Origin: Selaginella moellendorffii
Taxonomy: Eukaryota > Plantae > Lycopodiophyta
DNA: 64,000 nucleotides
NCBI RefSeq assembly: GCF_000143415.4
Contig: NW_003314324.1
Location: 943,379-1,007,378 of the forward strand
Reading direction: 5' to 3'
Under the pieces are notes generated by a model that saw nothing but the letters and a program-made list of their open reading frames with translations, did no database searches and had not been told where the DNA came from. Positions 1 through 10,677 of this stretch are shown in pieces. Position numbers and translations under genes: made by a program. The stretch's first letter is position 1; each line of letters opens with the position of its first letter.

Positions 1-103
1 GATATGGGTACTCCACCAACTAGCATGGTGTGAAACTTGGGCTTAGACCCAAGTCGAACGCAGAACTAGGACAGGCACACAAGTGGGAACTAAACTATGC
101 TTT

Positions 104-490
104 TGTCAAGACCCCCAACAAGATCAAGACTGGAAAATGCTAAAGACAAAGAGAAAAAGCTAGTGAAAACAAAGAAGAGGCCTTAGACTGGTGTTGATTC
201 AGATTGTGGAGAAATAGAACAAGGCTAACCTATATATACTATAGGTTGATGAAGCTCCACCACTCTTGGATCGAGGACGGCCTAAATATAGCTGAGGTCG
301 AGGAGGTGCCACATCATCATCAGGAATGTGGCTTGAGACTCAGGAATCGGGAACTGTCTCGAGACTCAGGAATCGGGAAGTGTCTCGAGAGTCAGGAATA
401 GGGAAGTGTCTCGAGACTCAGGAATGTGGTCTGCAGGTCAGGAATCCGGCGAGAGTCAGGAATGTGGCAAGAATTGGGGGATTCCTGACA
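104..490 (-). repeat. 3' LTR of copy 1 (387 bp; 3 copies of the internal 26-bp unit)
   Basis: TGTCAAGACCCC...GGGGATTCCTGACA; near-identical to 5394-5806. Confidence 0.96.
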
Positions 491-493
491 GCA

Positions 494-503
494 CCCCCTC
501 CTC
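494..503 (-). promoter_or_regulatory. Polypurine tract (PPT) of copy 1
   Basis: Minus strand GAGGAGGGGG ends 3 nt before the 3' LTR. The same motif is at 63277-63286 in copy 2. Confidence 0.9.
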
Positions 504-3500
504 AAGAACGAGTGGAACGAGGATGTGAATGAGAACAAAGAGGAGGATGAGATGAGCAGCGAGGGATGGGAGAGGGAGAAAAAAAATGAGGACTGGGACG
601 AGAAGGATAGCGGCGGTGGAAGTCCTGAACAAAGTCAGGAGAATGAATCAGGTTGTCCGCAGGTTCCCAAGTGCGTTCCTCAGGTCCGTAACCCTTCCAG
701 TCCACCAGATAGTAGAGTTTAGACTGTGAAATCTTGGAATCAAGGATGTCTTGAACCTCGTACTCAGACCCATCCTCGAGCTGCACTGGTGGAGGCGGAG
801 GAATGACCCGATTTGGAATAGGACTGGGAATATAAGGCTCAAGGAGAGAGGAGTGAAAAACGGGGTGAATTTGATATGAGGAGGGAAGTGCAAGGCGATA
901 AGTGATAGGATTAATGATGGCAGTGATAGGGAAAGGACCAAGGTGTTTGAAATCGAGTTTTGGACAGGGCCTGGTGGTGGAGATATTTCGCCTGAGGAGC
1001 CAGACTTTATCCCCGATATTGTAAGGGGGACAATCCTGACGATGGACATTGGCAAATGTTTTATGAGATTCCTGAGCACGATGGAGGTGGAAGGAGATGG
1101 AGTTGTGGATTTCCTGGAGGTTGGAGATAAATGCCTCAGAGCGGGGATTTGAACGAGAGGATTCAGATGGAGAAGGAAGTGAGAGATTGAATCGGGGATT
1201 TCGGCCAGAGTTCGCAAAGAAGGGGGAAACTCGAAAAGAGGAGTGAACAGAGTTGTTATAGGAAAACTCAGCAAGGGGAAGGATATCGAACCAGTTATCC
1301 TGATGATAGTTGATGAAGCACCTCAAGAATTGTTCCAACGTCTGAATCGTTCGCTCGGACTGCCCATCAGTTTGAGGATGATATGCCGAAGAGAGGTTGG
1401 CCTTCACTCCAAGCAGCTGCAAAAACCGTTGCTAGAAATGAGAGATGAACTGAGGCCCCCGATCCGAAACCACATCTGTAGGAATCCCATGAAGTCGGAA
1501 AATTTCCCTGAATACCAGTTTTGCCACGTCCTCGCCCGAAAACTCCTTGGTACATGGCAAGAAGTGCGCCATTTTTGTGAAGCGATCCACCACGACTAAA
1601 ATGCTGTTGAAGCCTCCAGAACTCGGAAGATCACTCAAGAAATCCATGGAGATGGATTCCCAAGGACCTGAAGGGACCGGAAGGGAACGAAGCAAACCTG
1701 AAGGAAGGTGGCGAGGTACCTTATTCCGGGCACAAGTGTCATAGGAGGTAACAAAAGCTTTGATGTAGTCGTCCATGTGAGGCCACCAAAAGTCCTGTGC
1801 AACTAGCTCATAGGTTTTCGCAATGCCGAAGTGACCAACAGTCGGGCTATCATGGCACGCCATCAGGACCAACCTTCGAGCATCACCTTCAGGAACGTAA
1901 AGCTGCTCCCCACGATACAATAAGCCATTTAAGAACTCGAACTCGTCAAATCGCCGGCAGTCGGGAGTCACTGGGTGTCCAGCCTGAAGATGGGGGAAAA
2001 TGTCGCTAGCGAGATCATCGGATTGAAGATCGTTTCTGATTGCATCTATCAAGGAGGAGTCCTGAGGGGCCAGGGAAATTGCCATAACTTGAAGCCGATC
2101 AGGACCGAGGATAACTTGATCCTATTGATCGAAGGCAGGATTACTAGGCCTGAGACTGAGATAGGAGCGCCTTGAAAGAGCATCAGGAAGGCCTTGAAAC
2201 TTTCCAGGTCTGTACTTGATAACAAAGTCAAACCGACTCAGGAATTGTGCCCACCTTGCTTGACGACGGCTTAAAACTCGGGAAGTGGCAAAGTACTCGA
2301 GATTTTTGTGATCCGTCCAGACTGTTGTTTGATGGCTCGCCCCCTCCAAGAAACGGTGCCACTCTCCAAAGGAATCCACGATGGCAAGGAGCTCCTTGTC
2401 GTGGATTTCGTAATTGATCTCCGCAGGCTGGAATTTCCGAGAATGGAAAGCGATCGGATGAAGTTCGTGATCCGCTCCGAGTTGAGACAGCACAGCACCA
2501 ATGGCAAAGTCGGAGGCGTCAGCCTCGATGAAGAAAGGTTGTGAGGAATCAGCATGGATCAAGACAGGAGCAGAACTGAAGGCCGCCTTGAGTGTGTCGA
2601 AAGCCTGCTGGGCAGCAGCAGACCAACAGAAGGGAACATCCTTGTGAGTGAGATGTGTGAGAGGAAGGACAATGTCAGAGTAGTGATCAATGAATTTGCG
2701 GTAGAAGTTGGCGAAGCCAAGGAAAACCTGAACGTCCGACATTGATTGTGGAGGCTCCCATTCGAGAATAGTCTTGACTTTAGTAGGATCCATCATGATA
2801 CCCTCAGGAGTGACAATGTACCCAAGGAACTCCACAGACTGCTGATCAAAGGAACATTTCTCAAGCTTCGCGTATAGGCCGTGTTCTCGCAGCTTCGCTA
2901 GCACCTTGCAAACATGTTCGTCATGCTCCTCCTGAGTTTTTGAGTAGATGAGGATGTCATCGAGGTAGACGATCACCATCTGATCAAGAAACTCCCGAAA
3001 AACGTCGTTCGCCATGTGTTGGAAAACCGCTGGAGCATTTGTCAAGCCAAATGGCATGACAGTGTACTCGAAGTAGCCATAGCGGGTTCGGAACGCAGTC
3101 TTCCATTCATCACCAGGCCGGATCCGGATCAGGTTGTATGCTCCACGGAGGTCGATCTTGGTGAAGAAGCGGGCACCGCCAAGGCGTTCCAACAGGTCCG
3201 AGATCAGGGGCAGCGGATAACGGTTCCGAACAGTCACCTTGTTCAAACCTCGGTAGTCGATGACTAGCCGCAAGCTCCCATCCTTCTTCTTGACAAAGAA
3301 AACAGGCGCTCCAGCTGGGGACTGTGAATGCTGAATGTAGCCCGAGGCAAGGTTCTCATCCAAGTACTCTTTGAGGGCCTTAAGCTCGGATGGGGATAAC
3401 CCGTAGATAGGCCCCCACGGAGGTGACGCTCCTTCCTGTAAATCAATGGGACAATCATAAGGCCGATGAACAGGCAGTACACTAGCTTTTTTCTTGTCAA

Positions 3501-4351
3501 ACACATCCCCAAAATCATGATACTTCTCAGGAAGACTGACAGGAGAAACATGCAAAGCAAAAAGAAAAAGAGGTTCTTCATGAAGGAGTTCTTTCAACGT
3601 TCCTCCAGATCCCAGCCTGTCTACAAGAGAACCCTGATAGTCTTCCATTATTCCAAGAGGGGGGGATGATGTGAGGGCCAAGTGTATGGGTGATTGTGGA
3701 GATAGGAGAAGGGGTACGACTAAATGGAATGATGAGACGAGGATATTGTCCAGTGTAAGATGGAAGAGAGGAAAAAGAAGAGGATGAAAACTTCGTAGAG
3801 TCAGGAATAGAACCCCGACTTGAGTTTAGGGAACTGTTCCTGATTCGGACTCGATGAACACTAGGGAAAGCCGTGGGAGAGATGAGCTGTAAGTCCTTCC
3901 AACAAATCTGAGGCTGATGTAGTTGGAACCAAGGAAGACCGAGCACCACAGAGGAGGACTTGCTGTTGATGATGTTGAAGGCGATATCGGTGACGGTGGA
4001 CCCGATGTGTACTCGAACGGGCAACGTTTCCCTAAGTCCAGAAGATGGAGACACAAAATGCCCGCCGATGCCTTCAACCCTCAGAGCCCGTATGGTAGGA
4101 GAAAGAGGAACATGATATCGGGCAGCAAAGTCCGTGTCCATGAAGCAGGAAGTTGCACCCGAGTCCAGTAGCGCCAAAGCCTTGAGTCCTGATTGTCCGG
4201 TGAAAGAAAGGAGACATGGGACGCGGAAGTTGCGGGAATTGGCGGTGGCTTTGATGAAAGGTGGTGAGGAGCTTGATAAGGAAGAAAAGTGATTTTTATT
4301 TGGGGAGTCCAAACAGACAGCTCCTATTCTGTTTGGACAGGGGCGTTTCCC
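502..4351 (-). pseudogene. pol of copy 1 (PR, RT, RNase H, integrase, chromodomain), interrupted
   Basis: LLDSGAT (PR); YLDD and PFGLTNAP (RT); DASDFAIGAVL (RH); HHCC-like region, SMDF, SDRG, GPF (INT); YEVQDILDS...YLVDWKGY...TWEP (chromodomain). Frame break near 3600-3690 and in-frame TAG stops at 2122-2124 and 1432-1434. Confidence 0.92.
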
Positions 4352-5295
4352 GACTGCAACAGAAGTGGACTTTGAGGCAGAGTGAACTCGAGCAATCGGG
4401 GAGGCTTCCTGGGACACACAGCTGCTTTGTGATTAGGATCAGCACAGTAGAGGCAAAGATTATGAGATATTCGATGTTGCCTCTCAGCAGGACTCAACTT
4501 CCCTCTAATGAGTCGGGGAGTACCAGAAATATCCATCGGGACCGGAGCAGTAGGTTCAGGACTATGCCCTGAAGACTCAAGCTGGGATTCCTGAGTCTGG
4601 GATGGAAAAACAGCGGCGCGGCGACTTTCCTGACGACGTTCAAAGAGACGATTGTCACATCGAACAGCTTTGTTGATGGCGTCCGACAGGTCCTTGGGAT
4701 CCTCCATGGTGAGCAACAAATCCTTGACACCGTTGTTGAGGCCGAAACGAAATTGGTCAATCAGGGCCCGCTCATCCCACTGAGTGTCCAAGGCAAGGAG
4801 TTGGAACTCTGTAGCATAGATCGAGGCAGGACGAGACCCCTGAGAGAGACGTCTCATCTTTGTGGTAGCAGCCCGAACCCGATCCATCTCGCCAAAACAT
4901 GCTTCGAGCTTCTCTTTGAATAATTGAAGATCAATCAGCTCCAGAACCACGAGCCCTTTCATGCTCTTCTCCAGAAGAGGAGAAAACCATGACAAAGCTG
5001 CACCCTCGAGCAATGTCCCAATCGCGCTGATTTGAGACTCGGGAGTGGGGTACCGCCGATGTTGAAGTGCAAAGATCAACTCCATTTGGTTCAAAAATCC
5101 ACGAAGCTCCGAACGCTTGCCTGAAAATTTCGCCGGGAAACTCACCTTCGGTTCAGGAACTTTGCTGGATCCTTGAGCCGAAAGTGAAGCAAGCTCCTGC
5201 TGCATGCGAAGAAGGGTCGCCTTCAGCTCGGTATTCTCAGACTGGATTTTTGCAAGGACTTCAGCAAAGAAATCAAGATGGCTTGGAGACTCCAT
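4324..5295 (-). CDS. Gag of copy 1 (retrotransposon gag domain plus CCHC knuckle)
   Basis: ATG at 5295 (MESPSH...). Motifs PAKFSG, YATEF, FRFGL, PMDI and CLYCADPNHKAAVC. Confidence 0.9.
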   Translation of the reverse strand: MESPSHLDFFAEVLAKIQSENTELKATLLRMQQELASLSAQGSSKVPEPKVSFPAKFSGKRSELRGFLNQMELIFALQHRRYPTPESQISAIGTLLEGAALSWFSPLLEKSMKGLVVLELIDLQLFKEKLEACFGEMDRVRAATTKMRRLSQGSRPASIYATEFQLLALDTQWDERALIDQFRFGLNNGVKDLLLTMEDPKDLSDAINKAVRCDNRLFERRQESRRAAVFPSQTQESQLESSGHSPEPTAPVPMDISGTPRLIRGKLSPAERQHRISHNLCLYCADPNHKAAVCPRKPPRLLEFTLPQSPLLLQSGNAPVQTE

Positions 5296-5393
5296 TGGCA
5301 AGAAGAAAGAAAAGAAAAGGGGGAAAAAGACAAAGGCAATCAAATAATCAAAACGAGCTAAAAGAAAAGCAAAAAACACAATCTGAATCAAAC

Positions 5394-5806
5394 TGTCAAG
5401 ACCCCCAACAAGATCAAGACTGGAAAATGCTAAAGACAAAGAGAAAAAGCTAGTGAAAACAAAGAAAAGGCCTTAGACTGGTGTTGATTCAGATTGTGGA
5501 GAAATGGAACAAGGCTAACCTATATATACTATAGGTTGATGAAGCTCCACCACTCTTGGATCGAGGACGGCCTAAATATAGCTGAGGTCGAGGAGGCGCC
5601 ACATCATCATCAGGAATGTGGCTCGAGACTCAGGAATCGGGAAGTGTCTCGAGAGTCAGGAATAGGGAAGTGTCTCGAGAGTCAGGAATAGGGAAGTGTC
5701 TCGAGAGTCAGGAATAGGGAAGTGTCTCGAGACTCAGTAATGTGGTCTGCAGGTCAGGAATCCGGTGAGAGTCAGGAATGTGGCAAGAATTGGGGGATTC
5801 CTGACA
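5394..5806 (-). repeat. 5' LTR of copy 1 (413 bp; 4 copies of the 26-bp unit; TATA box at 5521-5528)
   Basis: Direct repeat of 104-490 with one extra 26-bp unit. Confidence 0.96.
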
Positions 5807-5811
5807 GCTTT

Positions 5812-8460
5812 AGGTTAGTCAGCCATGCCCGATATACCCATTATCTCTACTATACATTTAGAACCCTGTATATCCCCCCTTCCCCCCCTCCCCCCTTTCC
5901 TTAAGGAACATATGCTTTGGGCTTTCACCCCAAGCTTAATATCAAGAGTTAGTTTCTGAGACTAACTCAAAACTTATTAATATGGAATGGTGCTAGAATG
6001 TGAATTTTGGATATGGGACGAACACCATTGTGTTTAAGCCAATCTTTACATTCCATAGATATGCCAAATTATCAAATCTAGACACTTTTCATAATTAGTT
6101 AATGGAACGAAATGAGTCCAATACAAAGGGCATGATAGCGAGGGTGTTTAACAGACACACTAAACTATTATTTAGTGAATATTGAGGGACCAATCTCAAT
6201 ATCATAGGGGTTCTTGATACTAGCAGTGCAAACCAATGACACAAATTTCTCAAACTAAGCTGAGTATATTTAGCAAAAAATACATAGGGTTCCTATCTTA
6301 TGTTTATCTAATTTAAGTGCATGGCCATTGACCAGTTTTTCAACTAGCTCAAGTGGGAATTAATAACGGGTCCAACAATATTGACCTTTTGCCATTGTGG
6401 CAGTAAGGAAAGAATGTCTGTAAAGACAAGCCGACAAATAACTTTCGATATAATGTGTCTCAAAGTATCTGCATAAGCCCATGCTATCTTAGATTCCTTA
6501 TGCTTCTTTGTCTAAATCTTGAGTATAAACTGACAACTTATAAGGCTTAGAAATCCTTCCCTAAACTTGCATTCTAGCCAATCCAAGCCTAGCTCCTATC
6601 CACCTAGATGATCCAAGAATTTTTCCTTGTTGACATTCCACTAGATATGTGCTAACCCAGTTGTCATTATAGATCTTATTTAGAGAATGATGTTGTATAC
6701 AAACCACCCATTAACCTCTTTGGCTGTGAAAAGAGTGGAAAGCCAATCCTGATTTTTGTTTATCTGACCACTCCTTTGAAAGAAGGAAGTTTGAACTTTC
6801 TTGAAATCATGGAATCTCATGAAATGTAGCGACTCCACCTTTGAACACTCATGGAGGGGGAATTATTGGTCTCTTATGCATGGTTAGCTTGAATATTGAG
6901 CTATAAGCCATTGGGACATGTATATCCTCCTCTACAAGTCCTCGTGTGTTCCATGGCACCTCAAATTCCTCCCAATTTGAATCATCTGACACCTCACTTT
7001 CCTTCTACATAGAATATTTGACCCGATGTCCTGCTCTTCTCCACTTGATGGATGATTTGTTGGTGGAGAGTTTGTACATCACCCTCCAACATCCAAGAAT
7101 CCACCATTACCACCATATTTCAAATTAAATATCTAATTCCATTCATCTTGACCTTCAGCATGCTAAAAACCCCTTTGCTTGATCAAAAGATGGTGTGGAT
7201 CTTCCTCCTCAACTAGATCTAGTCGGGCATTTGAAGTTCCCATCTAGCCTAGAATGTTGAAACCCTTGATGCCAATCTACTGCCAAAAGCCTCATTGATC
7301 TTCCTCCTCTTTCGCTAGGCTTATTTGCTGCCTCTTGAGCTACTGCTGCCTTTTAATGAATTAATTACTTGTCTAAATCCAAGCTGGGACTGATCAATAT
7401 GGCGGTAGTGGAAGGGTACCACATAGTGGCTAATTGTTACTTCTTTGTTAACTTCTAGCATTTGGCTGCCCTAGGCCTACCCAACTCTGATCTAGCCTGA
7501 TAGTGGCCTTCCACCAGCTGGGAATGATGCAGCCTAGCTCCTAGTGCTGTGGGTATGCTTCAGACTGTAGCAAATGATGATTCCTGGTCACCCGAGTAGT
7601 ATCAACTCCTTAAATCATTCTCCTTTGTTCACTGTGACTCCACTAACTCACTTCTATCTCTCCTTGGGTGATGCTTGACACCTCTCTACATTTGGGATCA
7701 CCATGTTTCCATATCCAAGTAAGTCCCTCAGAGTTTCCCATAAACATGACCAAAAGATGTCAGACCAGCCTTTTTCTCTTTCAGACTAGTGGGACAACTC
7801 TAAACACTCTTTCTGTACCTAGACAAGCTCAGGAACACTATGTTTTTGCAACTAATCGCAAGCTACACTAAGATTCTTCTCCAACTCATGGTGACTGAGT
7901 TCCTTCCTCACTCTGGAATTGCAAAACACACTTAATAAACTCAAACAAAGGACTTTAAACTCCTGCCTTTTATATTCCCAAATCTACCTTTTATACTCCC
8001 AAATATGAGATTCCTTTATGCTACTTGATGATGCTTTTCCATGAGATTCTTGTGATCTCCCAATGCTGCAGTTTTGCTAAACCACAACTCCTTCTAGAAG
8101 CCAGCACCTTAATTCCTTGTGCCTAGCCCCCAAAATCTTTAATTTCACCACCTAGCACTTCTTCCCTGTCATCTTCCACATCACCTTGCCTTGTGGATCA
8201 AACCCAACTTTGATTTTTCTCCTGCGCATTCCAAGAGCACATTGTAAAAGCTTGTAAGATGTTATGGTTTGGTTTAAGACATGCTGCCACTTCTTGTAAC
8301 ATCTTGGAAGAGAGATTCATCTCCTTGCCCAACTATAAAGCATGGGACCTAACTACATGGATGCAATGCAAGTTTTATTTGCAATGGAAGTCCATTTTGC
8401 CCTACCTCCTACTATCAATAAGAAATTTCTCCCAGTCAGGGACACTGTGCTTTCCAGACA
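5812..8460 (-). mobile_element. Degenerate older retroelement-like DNA hosting copy 1 (boundaries uncertain)
   Basis: Long G-rich PPT-like tract on the minus strand (5872-5900) next to a possible LTR start. No intact ORFs and low CpG content. No domain could be read confidently. Confidence 0.35.
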
Positions 8461-9273
8461 GAGATGCCGCTGTGGAATGAGAGGCAGATTTGACAAGCAA
8501 GAGCCAGGCAAGTAGTTTTCCTCTCTTGAACTGTCATCGATCGATCGAACTTGTGACTAATAGACGGTCAGAAATACTCCCCTGGGGTGGACATGGCGGT
8601 CTCGTTTCTCAAATTCTACAAGAGTAAGAAACGCGTGAAGCGATGCGATTGAAATTCCAGAACATTTCTAATAGCCCTCTTCTTTTCTTTAGGAGAGATT
8701 TCGCCGCTGCTGCCCGGTTCCTGTAGATTTGTGCCGACTTGCAGCGATTACTCAATCCAAGCATACCAAAAGTATGGCGTCGTCAAAGGCACAATCCTGA
8801 CTGGGTCTCGCCTCCTTCGCTGCAATCCTCTAGGTGGGTGGAGTTCAATCAATTCTAAGGCTGCGATTGATGGTTTTCGACGCGACAGGCCCCTCCGGAT
8901 TTGATCCACCGCGCTGGTTTGACGAGGAGATCAACGAGAAATGAGTGTGCTCTGTTTTTAGGGTTCTTCGTAACTTATAAAAAATCGGTTTTTTACCATT
9001 TCCAAAACATTTACAATTATCTCTTCTCTCAACGGCAGCAAATCATAGGGGAAAACCAAAGGAAAATAATGAAAGAGGAATTTACCTGCGAGGCAATTAG
9101 AAAAAGAAGGAAGAGATCGGCAGGGGGAGGAGAATTGGGATTTACACTTTGTGCCATCCAAAGAAGCAAAGGGGGAAAAAACGAAAATTAGCACCCGATT
9201 TTAATCGTCGCTCGATCGATCGCAAGAGGGACGCTCCTTCCTTCCATCCAACAAGCTGGGCGATCTCCCCTCT

Positions 9274-10425
9274 TCAGTTGATTGCCACCAGCTCGTTCAC
9301 CCATCCCAGATCGGGGCAATTCTCGCCGCCACACTCGGCCAGATTCTTCGACTGATCGAATCGCTGCGCGTAGTACTCGTCGTCGATCGCAGTCCGGCTC
9401 CAAATGCTGGGCGATCCCATGCCCAGCGACGGCGAGAGCGATCGCGCGCAGTCATTCGATCGAAAGAGAGGAGACCTTCCATAGGGCGACGGCGACACGG
9501 GTGGGGACGAATATCCTCCAGGCGGCACGGAATATCCCACCCCGGGCTCGTTGAGTTCCATCTGCCTGTGCAATGCCGCCACCAGGCTAGCGGCATTGCT
9601 AGTGCGCGAATTGAACGACAGCGATTGCCCCAGCAGCCTGGACCGTCGATCCGCCTCTACCGCCGCGGCGGCGGCGGCGGCCGCCGTGACGTGCGGCATC
9701 GACTTCATCCTCTCCAGCGCCGCCGCCACGTGCCGCTGCGGCACCGCGGCGGCGGCGGCCAGCAGCGCGTGCGCGTCCGCCACCGCCGCGGCATGCGCGA
9801 TGGACTTGAGCAGCGCGGCGTCCCTCGGCGGCGTGCCGCGCGGCGTACCGCACGGCGAGAGCGGCGGCGAGTTGTCCACCGGCGAGAGCGGCGGTGAGGA
9901 GGCAGAAGAGATCGAAGAAGCGGAAGACGAAGAAGTGGGCGATGGGAGGCGCAGCTGCTCGGGCGTGTGCGCGAAGAAGCACACCTTGCGCTTGCAATTC
10001 CGGCCGTCCTTGCAGGGCTGGGTGCGGTACCGCGCGGGATGCAGCCAGCACTCGAACACGCCGTGCGCCAGATCGCAGCTGTCCCCGTTCTTGCAGCAGC
10101 CCTTGCGGAAGTCGGGGCACGACGTGCCCGAGTAGTGGAAGCGGCGGGGATCCCTCCGCCGCGCCTTCTCGCCCGGATGCGCAAAGGGGCACTCTGTCCA
10201 GTCGTGGCTCCGCCCGCGCATGCACCGCCGGACCTTGAATTCGAACATCCGGAACTCGTCGCACGCGTAGAGGTGCTCCGGCGACCACGAATCCTCGTTG
10301 TTGGAGGGCAGGAATTTGTGGAGCGCCCCCATGCTTGTCGGGCTGTCGCAGCTCCCGCTGTCGGCCGACACCGATCCAAACGCATTGCCGCCGCTGCCGC
10401 CACCCATCCCTACATGCAGATCCAT
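9274..10425 (-). CDS. Arginine-rich tandem CCCH zinc-finger protein (RR-TZF family)
   Basis: Intronless 383-aa ORF with [62 protein letters not shown] and C-terminal [10 protein letters not shown]. Confidence 0.95.
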   Translation of the reverse strand: MDLHVGMGGGSGGNAFGSVSADSGSCDSPTSMGALHKFLPSNNEDSWSPEHLYACDEFRMFEFKVRRCMRGRSHDWTECPFAHPGEKARRRDPRRFHYSGTSCPDFRKGCCKNGDSCDLAHGVFECWLHPARYRTQPCKDGRNCKRKVCFFAHTPEQLRLPSPTSSSSASSISSASSPPLSPVDNSPPLSPCGTPRGTPPRDAALLKSIAHAAAVADAHALLAAAAAVPQRHVAAALERMKSMPHVTAAAAAAAAVEADRRSRLLGQSLSFNSRTSNAASLVAALHRQMELNEPGVGYSVPPGGYSSPPVSPSPYGRSPLFRSNDCARSLSPSLGMGSPSIWSRTAIDDEYYAQRFDQSKNLAECGGENCPDLGWVNELVAIN

Positions 10426-10563
10426 CCCCGCGCTCGAGCTCGCTCGCGCTGTTCTTCTTCTTGTGTGATCTTCTTCTAATCTACGCTGCCTCCCCTCTTT
10501 TCTTCTTTTCTTTGCGAGCGAAGCACCGCGCGGTCTTCTTATCCGCGGCCCCTGGAAACTCTG

Positions 10564-10677
10564 CTTATAAACGGATCAAAACCCACTTCCCGCTTGACAC
10601 GTGGCGCGGTGCAGGCCCTCGGATTAAAGAGATCCGTCACACAAATGCCACGGACACGTGGCGGGACTTACCACGTG
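10564..10677 (-). promoter_or_regulatory. TZF promoter: TATA-like box plus three G-box/ABRE elements
   Basis: ACACGTGGC at 10597-10605 and 10654-10662; CACGTG at 10672-10677; TTTATAAG (minus) at 10564-10571. Confidence 0.65.

Larger units (their letters stand above)
104..5806 (-). mobile_element. Full-length Ty3/gypsy LTR retrotransposon, chromovirus (Tcn1-like), copy 1
   Basis: Two direct LTRs with TG...CA ends (104-490, 5394-5806). 5-bp TSD GCTTT at 99-103 and 5807-5811. Domain order gag-PR-RT-RNaseH-INT-chromodomain. PPT next to the 3' LTR. Confidence 0.97.

Noticed and set aside
331-425. 26-bp repeats resembling a CRISPR array
   Set aside because: Head-to-tail with no unique spacers, inside LTRs of eukaryotic DNA, and no cas genes.
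204-532. Short ORFs in the LTRs (also 5494-5904, 57855-58079, 63252-63551)
   Set aside because: Non-ATG starts, antisense to the element, and their repetitive peptides come from the 26-bp array.
5296-5439. Hydrophobic N-terminal extension of the gag ORF (possible TM or env segment)
   Set aside because: Starts at a non-ATG codon inside the LTR and crosses the PBS and T-rich leader; the ATG at 5295 is the likely start.
5900-6520. Possible protease or env ORF in the older repeat
   Set aside because: Manual translation gave no convincing motif; kept only as low-confidence repeat DNA.
8495-8512. GAGCCAGGCA, a partial miR160-site-like match
   Set aside because: Only about 10 nt match, with no hairpin or ARF context.
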